Part shown: piece after piece, positions 23,699-36,466 of the stretch
Position numbering within the stretch: position 1 is the first letter of the stretch
Layout of the letters: each line of letters begins with the position of its first letter
Source of the DNA: Octopus bimaculoides
Lineage: Eukaryota
NCBI RefSeq assembly: GCF_001194135.2
Contig: NC_068997.1
Span: 27,791,858 to 27,855,857 of the forward strand
Direction of reading: 5' to 3'
Length of the DNA: 64,000 nucleotides
Program-made: the position numbers and the translations under genes
The notes under the pieces: generated by a model
What the model was told of the DNA's origin: nothing
The model's database searches: none
The model's input: the letters and a program-made list of their open reading frames with translations, nothing else

Positions 23699-23780
23699 AA
23701 ACTGTTGCTCAGAGTTTCACATGATTGTTCATCAGGCAGTTGTCTGATGAACAATCACATGAAACTCTAAGTAACAGTTT
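23699..23780. repeat. 40-bp-arm inverted repeat (hairpin) made of two opposed hammerhead-like cores
   Basis: Arms 23699-23738 and 23741-23780 pair with 3 mismatches and 2 G-T pairs. Each arm carries CTGATGA-acaatca(c/t)(a/g)t-GAAAC-tct(a/g)a-G(T/C)A-acagt, one on each strand. Confidence 0.85.
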
Positions 23781-23866
23781 GTGAAGGTTTTCCAGCTTTA
23801 TCAAAAGATCACTTTACTATACTTTTGGTTTCAGGTGCTATTTTTCCACCTTGTTTTGCATATGTG

Positions 23867-23926
<60 letters not shown>

Positions 23927-24608
23927 CATATACATATACATACAGATATATATATTATATACATGTAGATTGAATATACACGTATTTACATATGTATACA
24001 CACACACACACAACTATATATATGTATGTTTGTGTGTATGTGTGTGTATATAAGTATATATATACATATGTATGTGTATACATATCTATATATGTGTTTA
24101 TACATGCATACATATACTCATATATACATGCATGCATGCATACATACATTCATATAATATATTAGTTAGCTGATACTGCATTAGAGAGAAGTTTTAGTAA
24201 AGTAATGGAAGAATTATAAGTGTCTTTTAGTTGCTAGAAAACAAAATATATAAATAAATATAAACAAAATGAAATAAAATGAAATGAAAAATTAGTAATA
24301 AAAGTAATAAAAACACAACCAATATCATATGATACTACAACAAAGACACAGAATGGAATAAAAAAAACACTAAATAAATAAATAAATAAATATAACAATA
24401 ACAACAACAACCACATCAGCAACAACCACAACAACAACAGCACTAATAAGCATTGGTATTCATTCTTGTTATAAATTTCTTTTTACTTATTCTAGTGGGA
24501 ATTGGGAAAGACTTACAAGGCATTAGCTGTGGCTTAAATATAAATTCATGCCCACATACACTCATACACACATACCCACATACACTCACACATACACACA
24601 CACACATG

Positions 24609-24639
<31 letters not shown>

Positions 24640-24829
24640 AACACGTGTGTGTGTGTGTGTGTGTATGTATGTGTGTGTAAAATAGAGGGAATCGAATATA
24701 TCTAGGTACATTAATATAGAAGTACTTCAGTATATTTTTGTCTGGACAGATTAGACAGCAAAAGATTCTAGGTTACTCATCTGATCTGATCAGCAGTCAA
24801 TGCAGAGTTGAAACAGTTGCTCGTTGGTG

Positions 24830-25512
24830 CCAGGTATCCTTCAAGTCTGTGTGTGTTGCCAAAAGATTTGGGAAAAGTATACCTTGGTGTCAGGTGAAAA
24901 GTACATGTGCTGGTGTCATGTGAAAAAACCCCTCATACCGGGCACCATATAAAATGCACACATGCCCGTGCTATGTAAAAATCACCCATGCCAGTGTCAC
25001 ATTAGGGAGCACCAGCATCAGTGCCACATTGGACAGCATCAGTACTAGTGCCACACACATAGCACCCATGCCAGTGCCATATTAAGAGCACCTGTGCATG
25101 CACCGCATACAAAAGCACTCATGCCAGCACTCATGATCGCACTATGTGTAAAGCACCCAGTACACTCTGTAAAGGGGTTGCCATTAGGAAGGACTGGCTT
25201 CCGTGTCGGTGGCACGTAAAAAGCACCGACAGGTTGTGGCTGTTGCCAACCTCCTCTGGCCCATGTGCCAGTGGCATGTAAAAAGCACCCACTACACTCA
25301 NNNNNNNNNNCCTCCTCTGGCCCATGTGCCAGTGGCATGTAAAAAGCACCCACTACACTCACGGAGTGGTTGGCATTAGGAAGGGCATCCAGCTGTAGAA
25401 ACTCTGCCAGATCAGACTGGAGCCTGGTGCAGACTCCTGGCTTTCCAGGCCCCAGTCGAACCGTCTAACCCATGCCAGCATGGAAACGGACGTTAAACGA
25501 TGATGATGATGA
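24830..25512 (+). mobile_element. RTE 3' UTR with a long degenerate ~24-bp tandem array and (GAT)n tail
   Basis: About a dozen gtgccac.taaaaagcacc-like units are followed by the conserved ttggcattaggaagggcatccagctgtagaaactctgcc...catggaaacggacgttaaacgatgatg terminus. Confidence 0.8.
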
Positions 25513-26056
25513 TGATCCAGCTGTTGAAACCATATGAAAACAGACAACTGGAGCCTGGTGCAGTCTTCTAGCTTGTCAGTTCCTGTCATACCATCCAACT
25601 CATACAAGCATGGAAAAAAAGGATGTTAAATGATGATGATGATGATGAATATCACCTGAGAAAAGGGTGTCATGCATCAATATGAATTTACATAACGTTA
25701 CCGGTTAAGTTATACATACACCACTGCTTTTGCAGTTTCTGGTTACCAAATCCTCTCACAGGCTTTGGTTAGCCTAGGGCTATAGCAGAAGACACTTGCC
25801 CAATTGTTCAAACCAAGATTGGCTCCTAATCTAGATGGCTTCATTTTACATAATATACTTTCAGTGAAGCTTAATGTATCTTTTTTGAGTTAAAAGATAC
25901 AATAATTTCTCTGTTGTTTCTTGTTGTTGGTGATGTGAAAGATATTAGTTGTGTGTTTGCAATACTGTGTTAATATTATGGCAATAGAAGTATTTTTTTT
26001 TTTTGTAATAGATATTGATGTTAATCATCATCTTCATATAATGTCCACTTTTTCAG

Positions 26057-26149
26057 ATGGAATTTGCGCATGTGGATTTTCTACTGTTGTATGCTTTTGC
26101 TTACAGCATTATAAAACCTGTCACTGGTCTTCATCTATTTCCAAGCAAG
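26057..26149 (+). CDS. Candidate first coding exon encoding a signal-peptide-like segment (MEFAHVDFLLLYAFAYSIIKPVTGLHLFPSK)
   Basis: Acceptor ccactttttcag, ATG at the first exon base, 93 nt (31 codons) open and donor AAG/gtaaca. The segment has a hydrophobic core and a small-residue VTG cleavage-like site, and lies in non-repetitive sequence. No homology was recognised. Confidence 0.4.
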
Positions 26150-27502
26150 GTAACATTTCCCCATGTCAGATATATTTTTTGTGGAAGACTGGAAACAAGC
26201 AACATCGTTTTATTGCAGTGGTGCTCATTTAAAACCATCACATGATGTCGAGACAAGAGTACACACAAACACACACATGCATGCATGCACACACACACAC
26301 ACACACACATGGGCACAAGCACATTCACATGCATACAAGCACATTCACATGCATACAAGCACTTCGGTTTCTCTTGACCAAATCCATCCACAAGGCTTTT
26401 GTTGATCTAGAGATGTGGTAGAAGACACCCAAGGTATCACACTGTGGGACTGAACCTGCAGCCACATAGTAGGGAAGCAAGCTTCTTAACCACACAGCCA
26501 TGTTTGTGCCTAACAACAACTCCTGTGTCTCACAGCTACGTCTACACCCATGACTGTAGCAATATTAATGTGTGAAGGAAGATGGTGAGCTGGCAGAATC
26601 GTTAGCACACCAGGGGAAAATGCTTAGTAACATTTCATCAGTCTTTACATTCTGAGTTCAAATTCTGCAGAGGTCAACTTTATCTTTCATCCTCTAAGGG
26701 TCAATAAAATAAGTACTTGTTGAGCACTGGGGTTGATGTAATCAACTTACCCCCTGCCTGAAATTGCTGGCCTTGTGCTAAAATTTGAAACCAAAATAAA
26801 GTGTGAAGGAAAGTGATAGATTGAAAGAATTTGGCAGAGCTTCAGACCAAACTGTTTTGTGATAGTTTTTTCCTGTCCTTTATTCCTCTACAAAAGCACA
26901 CCATCATCACCTCCACCAAATATATGGCATTGCGTTTGTGCCTATATTGGAAATCAATATAAGTGGTATTTTTAGCAAAACTGTTTAAATTATATTCAAT
27001 ATTGAAATGCAACAAGAATCGATTGGCAAAATTCAGCATTGGACAAAATGGTTTGCTGTACTTATTCCAAATCTGTATATCCTGAGTTCATATCTAGCCA
27101 AGGTTAATTTTGCCCTTCCTTTTTTTCATGATGCAGCTTTTTGTGTGTATCTAAGTTCTAAAAGAAGCATGTCTTATTTTGCCAGTCTCTCCTGGTTCTA
27201 AAATTAGGTACACCTTCTTCTTGGATGTTGTAAAAAACAGCTAAAAGGATTGGCAAAAGAAAAGGCATTCAGCTGTAAACGCTACCTCAGAATACCTGTC
27301 CAACCCATGCCACCATGGAAAAGTGGACATAAAATGATGATGATATAATCAATAAAACATAGTAATAGTCATATACTGGAGTTAATTCCATTCATTCATT
27401 CATTCATTCTGATATGTCTGTTTTCCCATGTTAACATGAGCTAGATGAATACATAATATTAGCTTTATCTTTATAGAACTTCACAGACTCCAAGATGGTT
27501 AA

Positions 27503-28029
27503 CCCTTTTGTTACTATATTCCTCTTGAAATACAACTGCCTTTGTTCTAATCAATTATGAAATTTAGGAAGAATTTAATAAAATAACTTAGTTATAATTA
27601 AGCCTTTTGTTACCATATTTTCGTTGAAATACTCTAACTTTTGTTTCTATCAATTTTGAAAATAAAAAAAAATTAGCATTTGGAACATAAATTAAGATGA
27701 AATAGTGGTTTCAAATTTTGGTACAAGGCCAGCAATTTTGGAGAAGGAAGCTATTTAATTACATCAACCCCAGTGCTCAACTGGTGCTTATTTTATCAAC
27801 CCTTGAAAGGATAAAAAGCAAAGTCGGCAGAATTTGAACTCAGAACATAAAGAGATGAAATACTGCTAAGCATTTTTGCACGGCATGCTAACAATTCTAG
27901 CTGATCTCTGCCTTGTATTTTAAGAGGAAATATTGATGGAAGGCCTTAATTTAGATCATTTGGAAACAGGAAATTTGTATCATAGATCATAGAATCAGAA
28001 GCAGTCTCAGAAAGTTTGTATGAAAAGGG
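27503..28029. mobile_element. piggyBac-type MITE (TTAA TSD) with a nested family-A SINE
   Basis: TTAA (27499-27502), cccttttg...aaaaggg, TTAA (28030-28033). A SINE lies at ~27705-27900 on the minus strand inside it. Confidence 0.7.
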
Positions 28030-28230
28030 TTAATTTAATCAACCCTCACTTTTCCTCACAACATGTGATACCTTTGTGATTTTGTTTCAAATCATTATTA
28101 TAAAAATTAGTCACAGAGTTGTCAGTTCTGTTCTTTAACCAAAGGCCATTCCTAGTTATGTCCGTTCTGTCTTCTCATCAGATGTTATTCTATGTGACCT
28201 GCCCCCCCCCACTCCCTTTATTTTAAGTAG

Positions 28231-28320
28231 GAAGATTGTGATTTGAGGAAGATTTTGGTTGCTGTTTCAAGCAGACCAAGCAACTGCAGATTGAACTCCC
28301 CCATTGGCTCGTTGGTGGTG
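28231..28320 (+). CDS. Weak candidate exon (EDCDLRKILVAVSSRPSNCRLNSPIGSL..)
   Basis: Polypyrimidine tract plus aagtag acceptor. Only phase 0 is open, which matches the phase-0 donor at 26149. The donor is weak (gtggtg or gtgatg at a microsatellite edge). Confidence 0.2.
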
Positions 28321-29991
28321 GTGATGATGATGACGATGATGATGATGGTGATGATGATGATGAGGAGGAGGAGGAGGAGGAGGTAGAAGAGAATGATGAT
28401 AGCAACAATGACAATGGTAATGGTGAAGACAACGACGATGATGATGATGGTGATGACAAAGAAGATGATGCTCACATCTCAATCCATATCCATTCGGTAC
28501 ATTCTCTACTCTCAGGTTAATTTAATCAAAAATCCATTAGTTAGAGTGGCGAAACACTGTTGTTGTTATTGTTATTGTTGTTACTGATGCTGCCGTTGTT
28601 ATTGTTGTTGTTGTTCTTCTTCTTCTTGATGTTGCTGTGGTTGCTAAGTTTGTTGATGTTATTGCTGGTGTTGTCATTGTTGTTGTTGCTGCTTTTGTTC
28701 TTGGAACAGTTATACAGGTGGTGGTGGAGGTGGTGGTGGTGGAGGTGGAGGTGGAGGTGGTGGTGGTGGTGNNNNNNNNNNCTGCTTTTGTTCTTGGAAC
28801 AGTTATACAGGTGGTGGTGGAGGTGGTGGTGGTGGAGGTGGAGGTGGAGGTGGTGGTGGTGGTGGTGGGTTTTTGTTGTTGTTGCATTGTCAGTGTTGTA
28901 GTTGTTAGTGTAGCTATTATTGATTGCTGTTTAACCCCAGGTCAAAGTTGATACAACAGACTTAGGTTCAAAGACATTCTGACCATGGCCATTCCATCTT
29001 TTCTTTACATTCATACTGTATGCTTTCAAATGTGGCCTTCCTTCTTTCAAACAATAAAGTTTGATTTGAGGGAGATCGGCCTGATGTGTCTAGCATGCCA
29101 AGCAAATGTGTTGCAGCATAAACCAATAGGAAAGCTTCTAAGTGGTTGCTTAGCCTGCCAGAAATAACAGCTAAATCTTCCTCAAACCACTTCTGGCTGT
29201 CTTAAGAGAAAGGATACATTAGATAATGTAGCCCGAGGAATAATATGCTTGACAAAATGATGCCATGGACAAAGCTGGAATACCTTTGATCAAAGCTCTA
29301 CCCAATCAGGACTGTCCTAGGGCTAAAAAAAGAACAACAACAGCAACATAAACAACAACAAATAAAGTCTCCCTTTATTATTCCATGTAGCTCAATCAGC
29401 AGATGAAATCAATCCCCTAGCGAATTTTAATTTTTTTAATCTTTTAATTAGGAGAGAAAAGCAATGCCCTTGACCATTTAAGGCAGTGGTTCTCAATCAG
29501 GGCGCTCGTTAGAGTCATATCTATCATCATCATTATCGTCATCATCATCATTGTCATTGTCGGCAGTGTCATCATCCTTGTTATCATCATTATCGTTGTT
29601 ATCGTCATCATCCTCATCATCATCATCGTCGTCGTCATCATCATTATCATTGTCATCATTTAATATCTGTCTTCCATGCTGCACAGTTTCGATGATTTGA
29701 CAGAATCTAAAAAGCTGGAAGACTTGTGTTGAGTACCAATATCCATCTGAGCATGGTTCCTATGGTTCTATGTCCTTCCCAATGCCAACCACTTCACAGA
29801 ATGTACAGGGTGCTTTAATTTCTTCCACTTCTTGTGAAACTGACACTAGAGAGGTTATCCCGTCTTCAACAGCATGAAAGGGAACTCTAGAACTCTTAAA
29901 CCCTAAAAGAGTATACTGGATACTTTCTATCATTGGCTGAGGTCACCAAGTAACTCACAAGACAGCCCCATTTCATCCTGACTGAGTTTAA

Positions 29992-30202
29992 CTTTTAGCA
30001 CTTAAACCAGCTATATCTAACCCAATCATTCTATTTTATGCTCAAACTGACTAGATCCAGCCTCTCACACCTACTCTACAATGTCATAATGAAATAATTA
30101 TACCAATGAAACTTCTAAGCAACAAGATAATGCATGATAAATTCAAAACATTGTGAATAAATAAGCATTGCATTTGACTGAGTAATCCTGAATGCTATCA
30201 GG
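29992..30202 (+). mobile_element. piggyBac-type MITE family 2 (~200 bp, TTAA TSD)
   Basis: TTAA flanks at 29988-29991 and 30203-30206. The same internal sequence occurs at 60339-60541(+), ~48479-48680(-) and 35330-35825(-, split by a SINE). Confidence 0.7.
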
Positions 30203-30493
30203 TTAAGCTGAAAGAAAAGCAAATTATCTAAGGTGAACTAATGAAAAATTGGTAGCTGTTACACCCAGGTTATAACTCTAGATATATACTAGTAATTAAT
30301 GGGAGGTGGGGTATTTAATTATGTCACGAAATGCTTCTGTACCAATCTTGAAAAGTTAGGCTGTTTCACAAAACTCAAGTATAACTAAGTTAATTATGAT
30401 ATTATAAATCATTAATGTGTGTGTGTCTGTGTGTGTAAGTATGTATTTGCTTGTGAGTGTAAATGTTTATGTTCATTTCTTTCTTTCACCTTC

Positions 30494-30555
<62 letters not shown>

Positions 30556-30747
30556 TCTCCTCTTTTCTTTAAATTCATAGATGCAATTATTGGGGCACTT
30601 GGATAAACACCAATCTTGGAAGTTAGGTTTCATAAAATCACAAAGAACATGGCTAATTAAGTAATTACAATTACAAGCCATTAACAAACCTGTGAAAATA
30701 CATAAAACATTCCAGTTTTGTTGTTTCTTGTTGGTATGTATGTGCGT

Positions 30748-30801
<54 letters not shown>

Positions 30802-30939
30802 TATTAATAAAATTGCAAAGACATCACAAAAACTGCTACTCAAAGTTTCCCATTCCTGGTCGTCAGACAGTTTTGGTTAAGAATATATATATATATATAT
30901 ATAAATACGTACATACAGAGAAATAGACATAAAAACATG

Positions 30940-30982
<43 letters not shown>

Positions 30983-31029
30983 TATGTATATAGACATATA
31001 TATATGCCATCAAATTACTACCTCCCTGT

Positions 31030-31590
31030 GCGATGCATCATTGTCTCAAAAGCAATATACAATACCATTTGGGAAAAGGACTGTCCTGGAATAAATGTAG
31101 AGAATCCCCCTGTTATTGAATGTGTACATAAAAATCAACAGAGAGAATACTGGTGGAATATTCCCATCAAACCAACTGTCAAATGTAAATATAACAAGTT
31201 GAATATCGTTGTTTGGGACAGACAAGAAAATGTATGTACCATCTTAGAAATCAGCTGTCCTGCTAATGTAAATATCTTTTTAAAAATCATAGAGAAAGAG
31301 GACAACTGGTGCGAAACCTCCAGCTTCTAAATCCAAATTATGTATTCACATTTATACCAATAACAATTGGTGCAACTGATTTTGTAAGCCTAAGTGACAG
31401 TTTGGATAAGCTAAGGTTTTCAGAAAAGAAATCACCCTACTTGCTCACACATTAAAAATACAATTTGTAAGTGGAACAGTAAAAATATGAAAGACTTTTC
31501 TCAAGTTTAAAATGTGACTTCATTTTTGTTATCTTCATTTTTGTGATGGAGATTTCTATCTTTGTTAGAAACTAGCTTATTCCTCAGAGG
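31030..31590 (+). mobile_element. RLE-type (R4/CRE-like) non-LTR retrotransposon 3' relic
   Basis: RCIIVSKAIYNTI...EYWWNIPIKPTVKCKYNKLNIVVWDRQENVCTILEISCPANVNIFLKIIEKEDN, then FTFIPITIGA. This matches the HNxPDIVxWD...(D/E)xxCPxDxN..K..EK restriction-like endonuclease, with the catalytic PD mutated. Confidence 0.8.
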
Positions 31591-31672
31591 AAGAATTCAA
31601 CTAATTGGAAATAGAAGAGTACATACATACAAACATACATACATACATACAAACATACATACATACATACAT

Positions 31673-31703
<31 letters not shown>

Positions 31704-31924
31704 TACAGTGGTACAGTGAAAATTTGTAAAACATTTCAGGGATCTCCAATTTGAGGTTCCTGGAATGAACACATACTCACAATCACATGTGCAAGTGGCA
31801 GACACATATTTTCAGAGTAGTGAAACACACACGAACACACTCTTGTATACTAAAGAAAGAGATACATACATTAACATGAGAGGAATTTTACACATACATA
31901 CACACACATACGCACGCACACACA

Positions 31925-31975
<51 letters not shown>

Positions 31976-32405
31976 CTACATATATGCACACACTAACTCA
32001 TTTACATATTCAAAAATACCAGAAACAGTTTTGGTGTCTTGTTAGAGGGTGGTTTGAGTTGTGTGAAAGAAAAACTTAAATAATTCATACATACACCACA
32101 GCCATACATATACATACCTCTCTATACACCAACACATATCTATATGTGTGTGTGTGTGTGTGNNNNNNNNNNNNNNNNNNNNNNNNNNNNNNNNNNNNNN
32201 NNNNNNNNNNNNNNNNNNNNNNNNNNNNNNNNNNNNNNNNNNNNNNNNNNNNNNNNNNNNNNNNNNNNNNNNNNNNNNNNNNNNNNNNNNNNNNNNNNNN
32301 NNNNNNNNNNNNNNNNNNNNNNNNNNNNNNNNNNNNNNNNNNNNNNNNNNNNNNNNNNNNNNNNNNNNNNNNNNNNNNNNNNNNNNNNNNNNNNNNNNNN
32401 NNNNN

Positions 32406-32449
<44 letters not shown>

Positions 32450-34710
32450 GCATTCCTATATTCACATGCTCATATCTACATCCATGCATAGACATACATA
32501 TACACTCATACACAAACACAAATACATACTACTGCGCACTCACATGCTCACATTCATGAATTCAGATATACACATATGCATACATATATGCTTACATCTC
32601 TATAAGCACATGCCCATATCTACATCCATATATACACATACATATATACATAAATACATCTATCCATACATACACATACATACTTACATGAACATACATA
32701 TCCATGCATACAAACTATCACACACGCACACATGCACACACGCACACATGCATATACTCACACACATGCACATATGTCTACACACAGATATCCAAGAGGA
32801 TAATCGATATTTTCCATACAACCAGATCCAGTCATTCTTTTTCTCCATCACAAAATGTTCACTGAAGTAAAATTTCAGTTTTTTTTTTCCAGAAATAGTA
32901 TTTATGTTTTCCAACTGACTTATTTGAAGAATATTATAATTATCTTGGCTGCTAAATTCACAAAATTCATATAAATCTTGTTAAGAAGCAACATTTATCT
33001 CTTTTATTAGATTCTATTGCTGGCTACATATACCTACCCCATCTACAGTCAGTATGGAAGAATTTTCTGAAAGATAAGCCATAAATAATAACATTATGCT
33101 GTATGAGCAAGAGCCAATGCTCAAAATATCGACATTCAAATCTATCTTAAATGACATCATACTTTTCGTTTTTCCGTTTTTCTTTCAGCTTTTACTAGTT
33201 TATTAGTTTCAGACATTAGACTGTGGCCATGCTGTGGCACTGCCTTTAAGAATGTTTAGTTGACCATATCGCCTCCCAGCCATCAGTACATATTTCTATA
33301 GATTAATCTTTTGCAACACATTTAGTAATGTGTGTGTGTGTGTGTGTGTGTGTGTTGTGCAAATGTAAAGGAATGTTGATATTTCAATACCACCATTTGA
33401 GTGAAACCATCTTGATGTTTACATTTCATGTTGACATTGCAATCAGTCACTCTGCTCTTTGATAGTCCTGTGAAATAAAATGAATCCATCTTTAAGAGGC
33501 AGGCAAAGGTTAGTTGCAGGAGGAGCATCCGGCCATGTAATTCTTTATGGGAATAGGTTCCTGTCAAGCCATGCTAACATTGAAAGCAGATGTTAAATGG
33601 ATGAACAAATGAAGACACACACACACATGACAGATACACGTGTGTAACTTGTGTAACTATCATGATGATATATATATGTGTGTATATGTATGTGTGTGTG
33701 CATGTGCGTGTGTGTATGTATGTATGTATGTACAAGTGTACATATGTATATATATATGCATATATGTGTGATAAATTAAATATAGAAATATTCAATTGAC
33801 AATCCAATAATTTATTTATATTACATTACATTAAATACTATGAATATGATATATAACATAACATAATATTATGTAACATAATTAATTACATAAACCATAA
33901 AAGGCCAACAAATATATATTTTTTCTGATATGCATAATCACAGTTCCATTATATATAAAGTCACTTTTGGGTCTTGGCTTTAGAAAAAGATGGACCTACT
34001 ACAATTAACATCCAAATCTCCTTCAAATCACGCATTACTGTTTTAAAAATGAACTCATTGAACCACATAGTCTTCAGGCCTTTGTGGATAAGAAAATGGA
34101 TGGGAAGATCACAGCTGGACTGCTTTTGATCATAGGTTTGCTTGGTTAGAATTGACCTGGGATTAAGCAACAACTAAATAAGGATTTCTTTAATCTGTTA
34201 ATCTGTTAATCCTTAACTCTTTTCTTCCTTTGAAGGAATATTAAAATAGAAGTAACAAAAATTTGGCAGTCATAACAAGTGAATTTACAGCCTTGTGGTC
34301 CATAAATAAACATCTAGCTACTTTCATTTAACTTTGTAGACATGAAATTTGAACTTTGTCAGTACAAACTGACATAAATAACAGTTTGAACTAATATAAC
34401 ATCACAACTGAATGTAAAAAATTTGGACCGGTTTACCTCACCCTTCCTCCATCCATGACCGTCCCTGACAACTGATTCATTAACACACACACACACCTAC
34501 ATGCACACCAACATGCGCACCTATATACACACTAATCTCCATAAACATTACCAAAGAGACAACCAGAAATTCCAGTTTGGCTCAACCAGATCTTCTGGTG
34601 TTTGGTTCAAAGAAATCTATTATAAGAAAGCAGTCTACAACTCACTTATATTTGACAGGGATGGGTGTGGAAGACAAGTAAAAATATAGTAGTGTTGTTG
34701 CTGTTGTTGT

Positions 34711-34768
<58 letters not shown>

Positions 34769-35362
34769 AACGATGATGACGACGACGACGACGACAATGA
34801 TGATGATGATGATGACGATGTTTCAGCGATCAGTATGGTGGCAAAATTCCCTAAATACCATATGTTTGTTCACACCATCCTGTTTTGGCTAATAAGACAG
34901 GCCAGTCCCAATAGTGGACTTGCACATGATGGAAGTATTTGAGCAAGTTCACCTTTACTGGATTCTCCATGCCATTACTGTTCAATCAATTCCTTTCCTC
35001 AACTCTTTTTCGAAAGCACCTGTATTGGTTTGGTCGACCATTCTGTCAACCACAAGCAAAGCACTTTGTGGTGGAGTTTCACCAGAAACCCTCCCAGGAT
35101 ATTGTAAATAGGTGGATGGACATAGCTGGGAATCAGGATTATCATAAGCAAGTTCGATTTGGATTATTGAATTAATATCGGGTCTTTGAGTGTAATGTGT
35201 TAGCTATTGGAATTACGACCGGTTAACAATTCCCATGTCAGGTACCTATTGTTGGCTTCTGGTTGTCCTTGGATCTGGCAGATCCTGTCAAACCATCCGA
35301 CCCTTGCTAACATGCAGCATGGACATTAACCCTTTAGCATTTAGATTTTTCTGTCAAATGTA

Positions 35363-35661
35363 GACTGATCCTCCATCACTTACGATGACAAAGGTTCCAA
35401 TTGATCCAATCAACAGAATAGCACGCTTGTGAAATTAGCATGCATGTGGTTGAGCGGTCCACAGACACCAACACCCTTAACATAGTTCTCAGGGAGATTC
35501 AGTGTGACACAGTGCGAAAAGGCTAGCCCTTTGAAATACAGGTACTACTTGAGCAACATGAAAGAAAGTGTCTTGCTCAAGGACACATGTCACCAGGAAT
35601 TGAACTCTCAACCTTATGATCATAAGCCAAATAGTCTAACCACTAAGCCATGCACCTGCAC
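35363..35661 (-). mobile_element. tRNA-derived SINE (family-C tail) inserted into a piggyBac MITE
   Basis: A 14-bp TSD ttctgtcaaatgta lies at 35349-35362 and 35662-35675. The 3' region is homologous to 46930-47080. Confidence 0.75.
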
Positions 35662-36112
35662 TTCTGTCAAATGTAAAGCTTATTTATTCCAATGGCTTTA
35701 AATTAATCATTCATTATTTTGTAGCTTTGTGAGCTGAATAATGTGATTGTTGGACTTTTAGAATAACATTGTAGGTTAGGCGTGAGAAGTCACATCTGGC
35801 TGGTTTTAACATAAAATATTTTCACCCATATCCATCGCCACCCCAGATATGACCCAGGGGGAAGAAGCAGTTAAATATCGGCGGGGGGGGGGTTAAATGA
35901 TGATGATGATTAAGATGATAATGATGATAACAGCCTGACCTGGCAAGCCCACACAGCTGGATCATTCTGTGACATATGAATGAGGAGAAGGTGGAGGATG
36001 TGAAATCAAAACAAAAGAAAGAAAGGAGAAAGAGTTGAGTGTAAACAATGAAACACTTGTAGAAGAGGATTGCTGAAATGTAGTCTGGACTAAACGACCT
36101 TTGAGATGTGTA

Positions 36113-36156
<44 letters not shown>

Positions 36157-36284
36157 CTTGCAACCACATACATATACATGTATACATACACATACATGCT
36201 TAAAATCACACACGTGTGTCTTTGTGTGTTCAGTCAATAACACATCATTTTGGCTACAGTCCACCCATTTTGGCAAAGCTTTAA

Positions 36285-36322
<38 letters not shown>

Positions 36323-36466
36323 TAAATCTATTTCCTGTTTGACCTAAATGTTGTACTAACATTCTTGTCTACTCCATCCAGTCAAAACAACTCTCAAGTT
36401 CTCCACTTGGATATAGGCACGGACAGGAGCTGACTCTCAAGGCATAAGCAAAGCTATTCTAATATC

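Noticed and set aside
24830-25260. Repeat-spacer-like pattern
   Set aside because: It is an expansion of the RTE 3' UTR motif found in many other copies in the window.
25253-25350. Exact direct repeat around the 10-N gap at 25301-25310
   Set aside because: Identical sequence on both sides of a fixed 10-N spacer is the signature of unmerged overlapping contigs.
28690-28865. Exact ~80-bp duplication around the 10-N gap at 28772-28781
   Set aside because: Same scaffolding artefact.
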